Shown here one piece after another: positions 37,218 to 47,265 of a DNA stretch of 64,000 nt. Position 1 is the stretch's first letter; every line of letters begins with the position of its first letter. The position numbers and the translations under genes are program-made. A model generated the notes under the pieces. It did no database searches. It was given only the letters and a program-made list of their open reading frames with translations, and was not told the DNA's origin. The stretch is from an uncultured bacterium (GTDB lineage: Bacteria; Omnitrophota; Omnitrophia; Omnitrophales; Aquincolibacteriaceae): the NCBI GenBank assembly GCA_964434115.1, contig CAYSSX010000005.1:159063-223062 (forward strand), read 5' to 3'.

Positions 37218-39439
37218 TATTCAAAAAGCCACTTGAAGCCGATCACAAATTCGCGCGGCGCGCCCGGAACCACAAAGTTATAGGTCCCTGAGGGATAAAT
37301 CGCGGTTCCAAAAGAAGTCGCGGTCACTGAACGCGAATAGTACCGCTCATCCAAAAGATTGTTGATTTTAAAGTAAGCTTCTTTTCCGCGCCACGCATAC
37401 GTCAAAATAAAATTCCAGACCGCATAGGATTTAATGAAATGCCCGGCCCCGCCCACCGCGTTTAAATTAGATTCACTGGCCGATTCATACGTGGTGGGGT
37501 GCTGTTTGCCTGTAAAAATCCCATTCACACCCAGCCGCAAACCGGCGGGCACTTCTCCGAATTTCAGAAACGGCTGAACCATGGTGCCGATCGAATACCG
37601 GTTCTCCGGAATCTGCCCAAGCGAACGGCCATCCACAAGCGATCCGCCTCCATCGATTTCCCGGACATAAGCCTGGGTCCAGGTATAGTTGCCAAAGAGC
37701 GTCCACTCAGGGAGAGGTTTACCTTCAATGCCGGTTTCCAGGCCGCTGCGCCGGCTGCGCCCGATATTAATGTTTCTTCCAAAAGGCGTACCCGCAGTCA
37801 CGGAAGTGCTGTCATAAACAATTTCATCTTTGAGATCGATCAGGAAATAACTGAATTTGAACTGCGCTTTATCACGCCATCTCAGACGTGTTCCCGCTTC
37901 ATAGCTGTCGGTTTTTTCAGGTTGCAGCGAGCGGTTCACGGCAGAAGAAAATGGAACAAGTTCGCTGATTGTCGGCACCCGGAAACCTTGCGAATAATTC
38001 GCGAAAAAATCCGTCCAGCTCAAAGGCTTTACGGTCACGCCCGTGGACAAACTGCTGTCGCGCCAGCGGCGGTCCAAATTATTGGATGGCGTCAGTGCGT
38101 CATCGATGGCAAGACTGTAAAAGTCATGCCGCATTCCGAAATGTCCAATCACTTTTTCCCACAGCGTCGCGCGTTCCTGCCAAAAAAGGCCGAAGTTGTC
38201 GGGGTCGGAACTGCGGTCTGTTTCCTGTAATGCGTCCGGCCTCACCTGCCCGCCAAAGGCATCCTGCTGCCGGGCATATTCCTCACCGTCCCGGAACTCC
38301 ATTCCCATAAGGCTTCTGGAACCCAGCCAATCCCAGGTGTCTTCATAGCCCGCCTGCCAGATGAGGTCCGAGGAATGGCTTTTTTGGGTCACGAAATTCG
38401 TGTCTGGATTCGAACCGCTGACAAAATCTGTAAAGGTTCCAAACGTGGAGTAAAAATTCTGCTGGTTAATGCGCCAGTTCGTGAGCAGGGAAATAAAGGC
38501 CCGGTTATCCAGAAATTTCTTTTCGCCTTCCAGCTGAATCACCGTGGTTTTATATTTGCGGCCATCCAGCGGCTTGTTCGAGGTCCAGGGGCGGCCCTCA
38601 AATTGTTCGCGCGTGAGTTCGCCCGGATTGGAAATAGCATCCGCCGCGTGTTTCAGGCGGAATTCAAATTTGCCGGATTCCTCAGGCAGCAGGTAGCCCG
38701 TCTTGATGTCAAAATTCGTCAGACGCGTTTCACCGTTTTCACGGAAGCCGTCGGTCACATCCCTTCCGCCGTTGAAATAATAATAAAATTTCCCTTCCAA
38801 GGGTGTGAGTTTGTCTTGAAGCGTTCCGCTCACGCCCTGATAAAAACGGATGCCGTGAAAACTTGTCCATTCCGTGCCTCCAAAAAGGCTGACAGGCTTT
38901 TCGCTGGGCCGTCCGGTGGTGATATTCACGACACCGGCAAACGCACCGCTGCCGTAGATCGGAGATGCCGAACCGCGCTCAACTTGTATGGACTCTATGT
39001 CTTTCATGGAAAGGAGCGGAAAAGCCAGCGCGTCACCGTCGAGCTCGTTAACACGCAAACCGTCCACAATCATGGTCACGGCGCTGCTCTCCGAAAAACC
39101 CCGCATCGCCACGCTCGTATCCACACCGTTACCCACGGTGTCATAAAGATGAATCCCTTCCAGGTTCTGAACAGATTCCTGAAAGGTGTCGGCGTATTTC
39201 AAAAGCGGGTCGTCCTTCGTGCGCACGCTGATGTTCGAAGGAATATCCTGGTTCGCGCTCAGAAACCCCGGAATGCGGGAGGCAATGACCAGGACAGGAT
39301 TGGATTGAAGGTCCTCCTGTTTCAGAGCAGACACGGACACAGGAGTTTCCCTCTCCGCGTGAGGGGGCCGGGCATCAAGCCGCGGGCAAACAAGGGTCAG
39401 CAAAGCTGCGGAGAGGAAAATTTTCTGCCAGAGTTTCAT
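37217..39439 (-). CDS. btuB: TonB-dependent outer-membrane receptor (BtuB-like, cobalamin context)
   Basis: Signal peptide at the internal Met (MKLWQKIFLSAALL). Plug and beta-barrel features. C-terminal aromatic end. Operon context with btuFCD and a B12 riboswitch. Confidence 0.8.
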   Translation of the reverse strand: MKLWQKIFLSAALLTLVCPRLDARPPHAERETPVSVSALKQEDLQSNPVLVIASRIPGFLSANQDIPSNISVRTKDDPLLKYADTFQESVQNLEGIHLYDTVGNGVDTSVAMRGFSESSAVTMIVDGLRVNELDGDALAFPLLSMKDIESIQVERGSASPIYGSGAFAGVVNITTGRPSEKPVSLFGGTEWTSFHGIRFYQGVSGTLQDKLTPLEGKFYYYFNGGRDVTDGFRENGETRLTNFDIKTGYLLPEESGKFEFRLKHAADAISNPGELTREQFEGRPWTSNKPLDGRKYKTTVIQLEGEKKFLDNRAFISLLTNWRINQQNFYSTFGTFTDFVSGSNPDTNFVTQKSHSSDLIWQAGYEDTWDWLGSRSLMGMEFRDGEEYARQQDAFGGQVRPDALQETDRSSDPDNFGLFWQERATLWEKVIGHFGMRHDFYSLAIDDALTPSNNLDRRWRDSSLSTGVTVKPLSWTDFFANYSQGFRVPTISELVPFSSAVNRSLQPEKTDSYEAGTRLRWRDKAQFKFSYFLIDLKDEIVYDSTSVTAGTPFGRNINIGRSRRSGLETGIEGKPLPEWTLFGNYTWTQAYVREIDGGGSLVDGRSLGQIPENRYSIGTMVQPFLKFGEVPAGLRLGVNGIFTGKQHPTTYESASESNLNAVGGAGHFIKSYAVWNFILTYAWRGKEAYFKINNLLDERYYSRSVTATSFGTAIYPSGTYNFVVPGAPREFVIGFKWLFE

Positions 39440-39458
39440 GGCGATATCCTTACTATTT

Positions 39459-40205
39459 TTAAATAAGTGACTGAAAGCTTTCCGGTATTCCAAAAAATTG
39501 AACGAGTGATTCCGTTGAAAGAAGGTCTTGGGCCGAACCGTCCCGGACGATGCGTCCTTCGGATAAAAAAACCGCGCGCCGGGCGACATTCCGCGCAAAT
39601 CCCGGCTGATGGGAGATCATGGCAATCGCGAGGCCTTGTTCCTGGTTGAGTTTTTGAAGCAGCGCAAAAAGTTCGCCCTGCTGGCGGAGGTCAAGAAAGG
39701 CCGCGGGTTCATCCAGAAGAAGCAGTTTCGGCTGCTGGCAAAGCGCGCGCGCGATTTCCACGCGCCGTCTTTCACCCCCGCTCAAAGTCTGAACTGAGCG
39801 GCCCGCGAAATCACGCACACCGGTCACATCCATGGCCCAGGCGGCCACGGCCGCGTCTTCCTCGCTGTCCCAAAAACCGCCCCCGGAATGCGGAAACCGC
39901 CCCATGCGGACCACTTCTTCCGCTGTGAAAGGAAAAAGATAGGTGCTTTCCTGTTCCAGCAAGGCGATCGAACGGGCAATTTCTTGGGGCCGGAAACTTT
40001 TTAACGGACGGTCTCGGAGTAAAATTTCCCCGGAATCCGGAGAAAGCAGTCCCAGCGCCAATTTAAAAAGCGTGGTTTTTCCTGCGCCATTAGGCCCAAG
40101 GAAAACCGTGAAACTTCCCGGAGAAAGAGAGAAATTAAGCTCTTCAAAACCAAAACCTTTGCCGTAGCCAAAACGGACCTTGCGAAACTCCAAAAGCGCG
40201 CTCAT
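39459..40205 (-). CDS. btuD: ABC transporter ATP-binding protein (iron/B12 siderophore family)
   Basis: Walker A GPNGAGKTT, ABC signature LSGGERRR, Walker B LLLLDEP. Confidence 0.85.
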   Translation of the reverse strand: MSALLEFRKVRFGYGKGFGFEELNFSLSPGSFTVFLGPNGAGKTTLFKLALGLLSPDSGEILLRDRPLKSFRPQEIARSIALLEQESTYLFPFTAEEVVRMGRFPHSGGGFWDSEEDAAVAAWAMDVTGVRDFAGRSVQTLSGGERRRVEIARALCQQPKLLLLDEPAAFLDLRQQGELFALLQKLNQEQGLAIAMISHQPGFARNVARRAVFLSEGRIVRDGSAQDLLSTESLVQFFGIPESFQSLI

Positions 40206-41215
40206 GAAGCACCGCCCGAGGATTCACGCCGCTTCAAGAGCCAAAGAAAAAAAGGAACCCCGAGGAAAGAAGTGATCACGCCCGCGGGAAGCTCCTGGGG
40301 CCTCAGCAGGGTCCTCGCCAGAAGATCGGAAAGCATGAGAAGGCTTCCTCCGATAAGCGCGCTTGCGGGCAGAAGCTTACGGTAATCCGCGCCGCCGCCA
40401 AGCCGCGCAAGATGCGGGGCAATGAGCCCCACGAAACTGATCATGCCGCTCGCGCTGACTGCGGAACCTGTCAAAAGCGCGGCCAGACGGAAAAGCGTGC
40501 GCTTGGTGCGCTCCACCGGAACGCCCAAGGCCTGGGCCTGCGCTTCTCCAAGCGACAAAAGGTTCAGTGCCCGCGCTTTCCGCAGAAGGAAAATAAAAAC
40601 CGGGACAAGGACCGCGCCGGCCACGATCCAGTCTTTTCGGCCCGCGGTACCCATACTGCCCAGAAGCCAGAAAAGCACGCCCGCCATTTCATCCGACTTG
40701 GCCATGGACTGGAGAAAAATAATCAGCGCGATGAAAAAGGAATTCACCATCACGCCGGCGAGCAGAAGTGTGTAAATGGAAAGGACCCCGTTTCTTTTGG
40801 CCAGGCGGTAAACAAGGCCCAAGGCGGCCAGTGACCCCGCGGCCGAAAGAATAGGCAAAGCCGCAAGCGCTCCGGCCGAAGCCAGCCACCGGCTTCCCAG
40901 CACCACGCCCACGGCGCCGCCGGCTGAAATCCCGGTCAGGTGCGGGTCTGCCAGGGGATTCCGGAAAAGGGCTTGCAGCACGGCGCCGGAGAGCCCGAGC
41001 GATGCTCCGACGGCAAGCGCGAGGAGCGCGCGCGGCAGGCGAAGTTCCAACAGAATCCAGCGGCCTTCCGAAGATTGAAGGTTTACGTCTGACGCCCCGA
41101 AAAAAAGACTGCAGAAAAAAATCAGCACGGTGGTAAAAATAAGCCCGAGAAGCATTCTCATTTCTTTTCTAAAAAGAAAGCCGGTCATAACCCGACTCCT
41201 TTCCACCCGGTGCAT
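40202..41215 (-). CDS. btuC: FecCD-family ABC permease (BtuC-like)
   Basis: About 9-10 TM helices. FecCD-type conserved Gly-rich motifs. Overlaps btuD by 4 bp. Confidence 0.85.
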   Translation of the reverse strand: MHRVERSRVMTGFLFRKEMRMLLGLIFTTVLIFFCSLFFGASDVNLQSSEGRWILLELRLPRALLALAVGASLGLSGAVLQALFRNPLADPHLTGISAGGAVGVVLGSRWLASAGALAALPILSAAGSLAALGLVYRLAKRNGVLSIYTLLLAGVMVNSFFIALIIFLQSMAKSDEMAGVLFWLLGSMGTAGRKDWIVAGAVLVPVFIFLLRKARALNLLSLGEAQAQALGVPVERTKRTLFRLAALLTGSAVSASGMISFVGLIAPHLARLGGGADYRKLLPASALIGGSLLMLSDLLARTLLRPQELPAGVITSFLGVPFFLWLLKRRESSGGAS

Positions 41216-42086
41216 CGGGGTTTTTCAAAACAGCCGCAATCGCCTGGATCTGCATCACGGTCCGCGGCCCGGGCACAGGAAGAAATTCCCGTCGGATTAA
41301 ATACACCCGCCCTTCGCGCACCGCGCGCAGGGTTTTATACCCCGCCCAAAAATCCCTCGCCGCCTTCGTTTCCTTTTCATGATCCCCTTCGCGCTCAAAG
41401 GCGCTGGCATCGAAAATCACATCCGGGTCCGCGGCCAGAAAAGCCTCTTCGCTCCAGCGCGGATACCTCACAACGCTTTCCTTCACGCTGTTTTTTGCTC
41501 CGGAAAGTAAAATCATTTCCTCTTCCATCGTGCCCTTGCCCGCGAGAATCAATGGTGCCCGCCAGGTCACATAGGCCGCGCGCATCGCCCCGGAAGGCGC
41601 GGATTGTCTGACTTTTTCAAGGGCGGCCTGCAAATCTGCGCGCAGAGCTTCAGCTTTTTCTTTATGCCCCGAGGCCAGCCCCAGCAGTTCAAAGGACTTG
41701 GCAAGGTCCTCAAGGCTGTAAAAGGAAACGGACAGTGCGGGAATGCCCGCGCTTTTCAAACGTTCATAGGTCAGGCGCGACCCGCCGTTCGGCGTCAGCA
41801 CCACCAGGTCCGGCTTGAGGGCTGCAATCACTTCAAGGTTATGGTTGGTAAAGCCGCCGGCCTTGGGCTTGAGCCGGGCTTCGGGAGGTGTCACGCAATA
41901 AGTCGTCACGCCAGCCACCTGATCTCCGGCGCCGAGGGCATAGAGAATTTCGGTTGTGGACGGACTCAAAGAAACAATACGGGCTGCGGGAGGAGCGGCA
42001 TCCTGCGCCGCGGGAAGTTCCGGGACAAAGAGGAAGAAAGAGGCGAACAGAGCTAAAATTTTTAGACGGGATCTTCCCAAAAACAT
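41169..42086 (-). CDS. btuF: Periplasmic substrate-binding protein (BtuF-like, class III SBP)
   Basis: Signal peptide. Conserved RIVSLSPSTTEIL...DLVV motifs of the BtuF/FhuD-type SBP family. Confidence 0.75.
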   Translation of the reverse strand: MFLGRSRLKILALFASFFLFVPELPAAQDAAPPAARIVSLSPSTTEILYALGAGDQVAGVTTYCVTPPEARLKPKAGGFTNHNLEVIAALKPDLVVLTPNGGSRLTYERLKSAGIPALSVSFYSLEDLAKSFELLGLASGHKEKAEALRADLQAALEKVRQSAPSGAMRAAYVTWRAPLILAGKGTMEEEMILLSGAKNSVKESVVRYPRWSEEAFLAADPDVIFDASAFEREGDHEKETKAARDFWAGYKTLRAVREGRVYLIRREFLPVPGPRTVMQIQAIAAVLKNPDAPGGKESGYDRLSF

Positions 42087-42194
42087 AAAAACCCTTTTGT
42101 CTTGTGCAGAGACAGAAAGGGCTTATCCGGAAAAGGAATTTTCAGGGCGCGCTTTGTCTTTGCTCGAAGACGTTGAAACAATAGAAAAAAATTC

Positions 42195-42362
42195 AAAAGG
42201 CAGGTCTTCTGACTCGGCAAGCTTGTGTGTCCTACTCGCATCCCTTCCCGAAGGACTTCCGTTTTTATGAAGTCCTGCAGTGGTGTTTGATGCTTTCGTT
42301 CTTGCCAACAGCGGCGGCACCGTGGAGCCGTTTCTAAACCGAGAAACGCTCACTTCCCTTTT
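42195..42362 (-). ncRNA. Cobalamin (B12) riboswitch in the leader of the btuF-btuC-btuD-btuB-cobO operon
   Basis: Read on the minus strand: AAGGGAAG ... GGTGCC ... CCACTG ... GGGAAGGGA ... B12-box GAGTCAGAAGACCTGCC, followed by a TTTTGAATTTTTTT run. Putative promoter TTGACG/TATAGG at about 42395-42430. Confidence 0.55.
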
Positions 42363-42694
42363 AATCCCGTTCCAAAGCGGAACAGGGACCTTTTGGATTC
42401 AAAGAACTGAGTTAACCTATACAGGAATTTAAAAACCGTCAATAGACTATTTTAAAACCTTCTCCGGCTGAGACCTCCGGGCTGCTTTGATGTAGGTTGT
42501 CACAGTGCCTGTTTTTTTTTGACACAGCCGGCACATTCCTCTCCACCCGCTCCCGCCCGGGAGAATAAAAAAATCCTTGAAAAATAAAGGGTTACGGCAA
42601 GTTCCCTCGCTCAAAAAAATTGGCATGCTCCTTGAAATTATTTTAAACGAGTTTCGAAATAATGCTTTTCAAAAAAACAAGGAGGAATGTGTCA

Positions 42695-43140
42695 TGGAAC
42701 TGATCAGAAAAAATTACGCTTGGGATCCTTTGGATGTGCTTTCGGATCTGCAGACGGACTTCAACCGCGTCTTCAACCGGTCTTTGAACCGCCGGGAAAA
42801 CTGGCTGAAGAATTTCTCGCCGGAAGTGGAAGTCCGCGAAGAGGGCGGCCATTATGTCGTTCACGCGGATCTTCCGGGCCTTAAAAAAGAAGACTTCACG
42901 CTGAAGGTCCAGGGTTCTACCCTGACCCTTTCGGGCGAGCGCAAAAGCGAAAAGGAAGTGAAAGAAAAAAATTCTTATTACTCCGAGCGTTCTTACGGAT
43001 CTTTCAGCCGCACGCTCGAATTCCCCACCGATCTTGAGGCCGGCAAGGTCACGGCTGCCTACAAGGACGGCGTTTTGGAAATCACGCTGCCCAAGGCGGA
43101 AAATGCCAAGGCCAAAGAAATCAGTGTGGAAGTGAAATAG
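42695..43140 (+). CDS. Hsp20/alpha-crystallin-family small heat-shock protein
   Basis: AAGGAGG RBS. Alpha-crystallin domain motifs (GVLEITLPK, A-x-x-x-n-G-v-L). Confidence 0.85.
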
Positions 43141-43238
43141 TTCCCGGGAGAGAACCTTCCGGGGAATTGGGAAAATGAGAACTGTTTGAGGGAAGGGCCG
43201 AAAGGCCTTTCCCTTGAGCGGGGTTAAGGAGATGCGTC

Positions 43239-43940
43239 ATGGACGTCATACAGCCGGACAAAAGCGAAAGCAATTCTTCTTCTAAAAAAATTCTTTATGG
43301 CGTGATTATTCTTTTGGCCGTTCTTCTCATTCTGCAAACTGCTGGGTTTATATTTTATTTAAACCGCAAGGATCATCGCGAAAATTCACCCTCTCATTCT
43401 TCACGCTCTCTTTCTGAAGAGGCACAGCAAGATAACTGGCGCGCGCCGGCCTTTCCTGCATCGCGCTCCCGCACACCTGTGAGTCCGGCCGCATGGGTCA
43501 CGCAGGATCCCTTTTTTGACGATGCGCTTACGTCTCTAAGCCGTCTTCATGAAAGAATGAGCCGTATGTTTGACACGCCGGACAGTTTCTTTTCTGCCGC
43601 GGCCATGATGCCTTCTGTTTCCGTAGACTTCGAAGACCAGGGGGACGCTTATATTTTAAAATCCGATCTTCCCGGGCTTGAGAAAGACGAGATTAATATT
43701 TCCGTGAACGGCAATCTTTTAACCCTGCAGGGGATCAAGAAGTCAGAAACCACGGAGGAAGATCATACGGGCGGCTTTTACACCCAGGAGCGCAGTTACG
43801 GCTCTTTTTCAAGGACCGTGCCGCTGCCCGGCCCTGTGGATGAAACAAAAATCAGCGCCACATACAAAGAAGGGGTTTTGACAGTCACGCTGCCGAAACT
43901 TCAGGATTCAAAATCAACTTCGAAGATTCCAGTGCAGTAA
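43239..43940 (+). CDS. Hsp20-family protein with N-terminal transmembrane anchor
   Basis: AAGGAG RBS. TM helix (ILYGVIILLAVLLILQTAGFIFYL), then linker and an alpha-crystallin domain (GVLTVTLPK). Confidence 0.8.
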   Translation: MDVIQPDKSESNSSSKKILYGVIILLAVLLILQTAGFIFYLNRKDHRENSPSHSSRSLSEEAQQDNWRAPAFPASRSRTPVSPAAWVTQDPFFDDALTSLSRLHERMSRMFDTPDSFFSAAAMMPSVSVDFEDQGDAYILKSDLPGLEKDEINISVNGNLLTLQGIKKSETTEEDHTGGFYTQERSYGSFSRTVPLPGPVDETKISATYKEGVLTVTLPKLQDSKSTSKIPVQ

Positions 43941-44027
43941 CGGTTCTCCAAGCAGGGCTTTTCATGCGCAGGGGGCGGGGCTTTGCTTCGGGATTTTTTC
44001 AAGCGCTTCGGCATTGCGGTGCGGGTT

Positions 44028-44633
44028 TTATTTTCCAAAAAGGCTTTTGAGATACTGTCTGAAGTATTCAATGTTTTTCGCGACAACGTCCTTCCCCTGA
44101 CGGACTTTGACGAGAATCATGGTGCCCTGCATCAAAGACAAAAAATAGTCCCACATCTCGCGGGGTTCAAAAGGAATTTTTGGCTCGTATTGATGCTTGG
44201 CTTTTTCCAATTCCCGACAAAAAAGATTTCCCTTTCCCTCAAAAATTTTCGCGCACAACTCGCGGAGCTCCGGGTAGGTTTCGGAAATTTCCTGCGAAAA
44301 AGTTCCGACAAGACAACCCTTGGGCCCCGTTTCTTCAGCAAGGTCGAGAACACAATCCAGGTAGGCGTCAATTCTTTCGAGGGCATCTTCACTGCCGCAG
44401 GCATTCATCTTTTCTTCCACGACTTTGGCGCGCGCCGAGGTGTAGCGCTCAAGAAGCTGAAACCCGAGGTCTTCCTTACTTCTGAAATAATGAAAGAAGC
44501 TTCCCTTGCTGACGCCGGCCTGCTCACAGACTTCGTCCACGGCCGTTGCCGAGAAACCTTTGGCCATCATGAGGTCGCGGGCCGCGTCGAATAATTTTTC
44601 TTTGGTGGGGGATTCTGCTAATGCTTTTCTCAT
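44028..44633 (-). CDS. TetR/AcrR-family transcriptional regulator
   Basis: N-terminal HTH typical of TetR (KGFSATAVDEVCEQAGVSKGSFFHYFRSKEDL). Confidence 0.8.
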   Translation of the reverse strand: MRKALAESPTKEKLFDAARDLMMAKGFSATAVDEVCEQAGVSKGSFFHYFRSKEDLGFQLLERYTSARAKVVEEKMNACGSEDALERIDAYLDCVLDLAEETGPKGCLVGTFSQEISETYPELRELCAKIFEGKGNLFCRELEKAKHQYEPKIPFEPREMWDYFLSLMQGTMILVKVRQGKDVVAKNIEYFRQYLKSLFGK

Positions 44634-44682
44634 GGTTTAAACCTACCGGTTGGTCTAATCCTACCTTCGCTTGAGGGGAGTG

Positions 44683-45003
44683 TCAATGCCCGGAGGAAAG
44701 CTTCAGGCCGGCCATGCCGGCGACAATGAGAAAAATGCAGAAGAACCGGACCGCTTCTTTGGGTTCGCCAAAGAGAAGCATGCCGAGAAGGGCTGTTCCC
44801 ACGGCTCCAATCCCCGTCCACACGGCATAGGCGGTGCCAATGGGAATCTGCTTCACGGCCGCGGACAAAAGCACAAAGCTGGCCACAAGGGCGATTAGCG
44901 TGACTGCCGCGGGCCAGGGTTTGGTCAAACCTTCCGACTGCTTGAGGCTGACGGCCCAAACCACTTCCAGCACTCCCGAAATCAAAAGATAAATCCAGGC
45001 CAT
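44683..45003 (-). CDS. SMR-family small multidrug/quaternary-ammonium efflux protein (SugE/EmrE-like)
   Basis: 106 aa, four TM helices, conserved membrane-embedded Glu (LEVVWA). Confidence 0.8.
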   Translation of the reverse strand: MAWIYLLISGVLEVVWAVSLKQSEGLTKPWPAAVTLIALVASFVLLSAAVKQIPIGTAYAVWTGIGAVGTALLGMLLFGEPKEAVRFFCIFLIVAGMAGLKLSSGH

Positions 45004-45012
45004 GGATTCTCC

Positions 45013-45375
45013 TTACTCGTCGCGGTGGACGGTGGACGGTGAAAAGGCGGGCAAACAAACGGCTAGGTACTCGGCGCCTTCGGGTTCGGGCGAACTGTAT
45101 TTCACCCATTCTCCGCGGGAGACCATCACGGCTTGTCCGGCGCGCACATCCATCTCCTCTTCGCGGGAGACCACGCGAAGCATGCCTTTCAAAACAACGG
45201 TGTATTCATCAAACTCCGGAGTCTGCCCCGGCTCCACCCACCCTTGGGGGCTCCGCATGTGCGCGATGCTCAAGGCGCTTGTGGAAGAATTCACACGCCC
45301 GATATACTCATGAATGATCTTGGGTTTATTACCGGCAGCTTTGATTTCAGACGGGTTCGGGATAAGGCGCGGCAT
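45013..45375 (-). CDS. Cupin-domain protein
   Basis: Small beta-barrel cupin-like sequence. GGAGG RBS before the internal ATG (MPRLIPNP). TATAAT -10 upstream. Confidence 0.55.
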   Translation of the reverse strand: MPRLIPNPSEIKAAGNKPKIIHEYIGRVNSSTSALSIAHMRSPQGWVEPGQTPEFDEYTVVLKGMLRVVSREEEMDVRAGQAVMVSRGEWVKYSSPEPEGAEYLAVCLPAFSPSTVHRDE

Positions 45376-45600
45376 CAGACCTCCAGGCACTTCCGGTTTC
45401 GAATCGATTCGGGCGGCATTATAAGGCGCAGCTTCGCGCGTGCAAACGGAAATAAGCGCCGGGACCGGCCTTGCCGGGGCCTCAGGGATGGGTACAGCGG
45501 GGAAATGGGGGGCGGCAGGTTTCCTCCTTAAGACAAAGTCTCAAGTCTCTGGTCAGCTCCCCCGAACTCTCCAGAGGCCGCCCCTTTTGGGTTCCGGGGT

Positions 45601-45729
45601 TTACTTCCCGGAATTTTCATTTTCACCGTTTTCGCTGTGAGACTTGTCGCCTCCGCAAGCGTAAACGGCTGTCGTAAAACCTGATACAAGAACCGCTGAA
45701 ACCACCAACAGCATCCAAAGCTTCTTCAT
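45601..45729 (-). CDS. Small secreted/lipoprotein-like peptide (42 aa), absent from the ORF track
   Basis: Strong AAGGAGG RBS 7 nt before the ATG. Signal peptide MKKLWMLLVVSAVLVSGFTTAVYA followed by Cys. Short polar tail. Confidence 0.35.
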   Translation of the reverse strand: MKKLWMLLVVSAVLVSGFTTAVYACGGDKSHSENGENENSGK

Positions 45730-45852
45730 AACCGCCTCCTTGAAAAATTTTTCTTTAGATTAGGACATGCGTCTAAGACGCGGTGCAGAATAAATTATTC
45801 AATCTTTCTTGTGAGAAGTATCGCTGGACGGGAAACAAAATGCAACGGCCGG

Positions 45853-46803
45853 CTACACGGGGGTACGGCTGGCTTCGGCGGCTTCTTTTGCGGCAATAAG
45901 CCGGTCGGTTTCCTCGATAAGCTCCAGGATAGTGTCCATAGGAATGGCCACGGAATAGCCGGAATTTTCAATCTGCCGGAGGTTGAATGGCTGGCGGATT
46001 CCATACCACTTGTCGTCAAACGGAATAAATTCGGAGACCATGCCCACAATCGAGTACCTTATGCCGGTGACACCGAGCGACTCCGACTCAACGACCGGCC
46101 CGCCGCTGTTTCCGTAAAAAACCGGACAGTCGAGAATCAGCGATTTCTTCTCTTCATTCACGCCCGCGATAATGCCTTTTCTCAAGAGAGGTTTCGCGTA
46201 ATCAATCTGCGGGTAGGATTCAATGCCAAGCGAAGTGGGGTATCCAAAAATAAAAATTTCGTTGCCGATTCCGATGCTGTCATAAGTTTTAATGACTTCC
46301 TTGTTGGCGCCCACAAGGCTGACGTTCCCAGGGTCTTCTCCCGGCTTGGCCACAAGACTCACTCCCGGAGAAAAAACAAGGGCCTTCCCTTTCGCGGTGC
46401 TGGTTAATTTTCCCACTTTGACAACGGCCACGTCCCGGCTGGGATGATCCTGGAGGTAACGCCATTCGTAAAGCTTCGGCAGTTCAAGTTGAAGGCGGAT
46501 CGGATACTTGGCGCCTTTTTCCCGCGGATATGAAATCAGGAGCGCCAGATTGCCCTTCACGCCTGTCCCTTCTCCTTTCGCGGAGTCCAAAAACAAAAGG
46601 TGTTTGGCCGTGACAAAGTAGGCCGCGCCATTGTCCTGGGTAATATAAAATCCGCTGCCTGTCCGGCCGTCTTCAAGGGACACCATCACTGGGTATTTGA
46701 TGTAGTCATCCGGAAGGGCGTTGGAAGCCGCGGCAAAAGGGACTCGGCAAAAAACAGCGGCAAGGACCACGGCCATCATTCCAAGTTTCAGATTTTTTCT
46801 CAT
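45853..46803 (-). CDS. Trypsin-like (S1 family) serine protease, secreted
   Basis: Signal peptide. GNSGGPV Ser motif and His/Asp context. Confidence 0.8.
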   Translation of the reverse strand: MRKNLKLGMMAVVLAAVFCRVPFAAASNALPDDYIKYPVMVSLEDGRTGSGFYITQDNGAAYFVTAKHLLFLDSAKGEGTGVKGNLALLISYPREKGAKYPIRLQLELPKLYEWRYLQDHPSRDVAVVKVGKLTSTAKGKALVFSPGVSLVAKPGEDPGNVSLVGANKEVIKTYDSIGIGNEIFIFGYPTSLGIESYPQIDYAKPLLRKGIIAGVNEEKKSLILDCPVFYGNSGGPVVESESLGVTGIRYSIVGMVSEFIPFDDKWYGIRQPFNLRQIENSGYSVAIPMDTILELIEETDRLIAAKEAAEASRTPV

Positions 46804-46818
46804 GGGTCGTTTCCTGGC

Positions 46819-47265
46819 TCAGTGAGGAAGCAGAAATTGGATTGAAAGAATGAAAACAGACCAGGCGGACAAAAGCAGTTTTGAAATTTTAAGGTCCCTG
46901 CCAAAACGGCCCTGGGCTTTAGCGCCTTGCCCGGCGGCAAGCGCGAGCCTTTTGTCCCCTTCCCGGAACTGAAAATAATAAATCGAAAGAAAATAGGCAA
47001 AAACAACAAACGGCAAATACGCCTGATTCGCGCCCGGAAGCTGAAAAAGAAGATAAACCGCCAGGATATACACCTGGCAGGAAACCGCGGCCTGCAGGTA
47101 AAATCTGCGCTGGTACATTTCCTCAACGGTTTCGGAAATAAAAATCTTCTGTAAAATCCGGTCAAGAAGAAATGCGGGCAGGGTTCCCAGCAGGTCATCC
47201 AGCTCGATGATCAGATAAAAAAGATACTTTAAAAGCGTCCTTGGCGTAAGTTTTTTTTGAGGCAT
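46819..47265 (-). CDS. Hypothetical membrane protein
   Basis: 148 aa with 3-4 TM helices. Immediately upstream of the S1 protease gene. Confidence 0.45.
   Translation of the reverse strand: MPQKKLTPRTLLKYLFYLIIELDDLLGTLPAFLLDRILQKIFISETVEEMYQRRFYLQAAVSCQVYILAVYLLFQLPGANQAYLPFVVFAYFLSIYYFQFREGDKRLALAAGQGAKAQGRFGRDLKISKLLLSAWSVFILSIQFLLPH

Noticed and set aside
38375-39466. 363-aa plus-strand ORF (also 37499-38230 +)
   Set aside because: Antisense shadow within the TonB-dependent receptor gene.
42560-42694. Sigma54 (-24/-12) promoter TGGCATG-N4-TTGA upstream of hsp20
   Set aside because: The -12 element lacks the conserved GC (TTGA instead of TTGC). Left as a low-confidence remark only. Sigma32-like CTTGAAA is present but has no matching CCCCAT -10.
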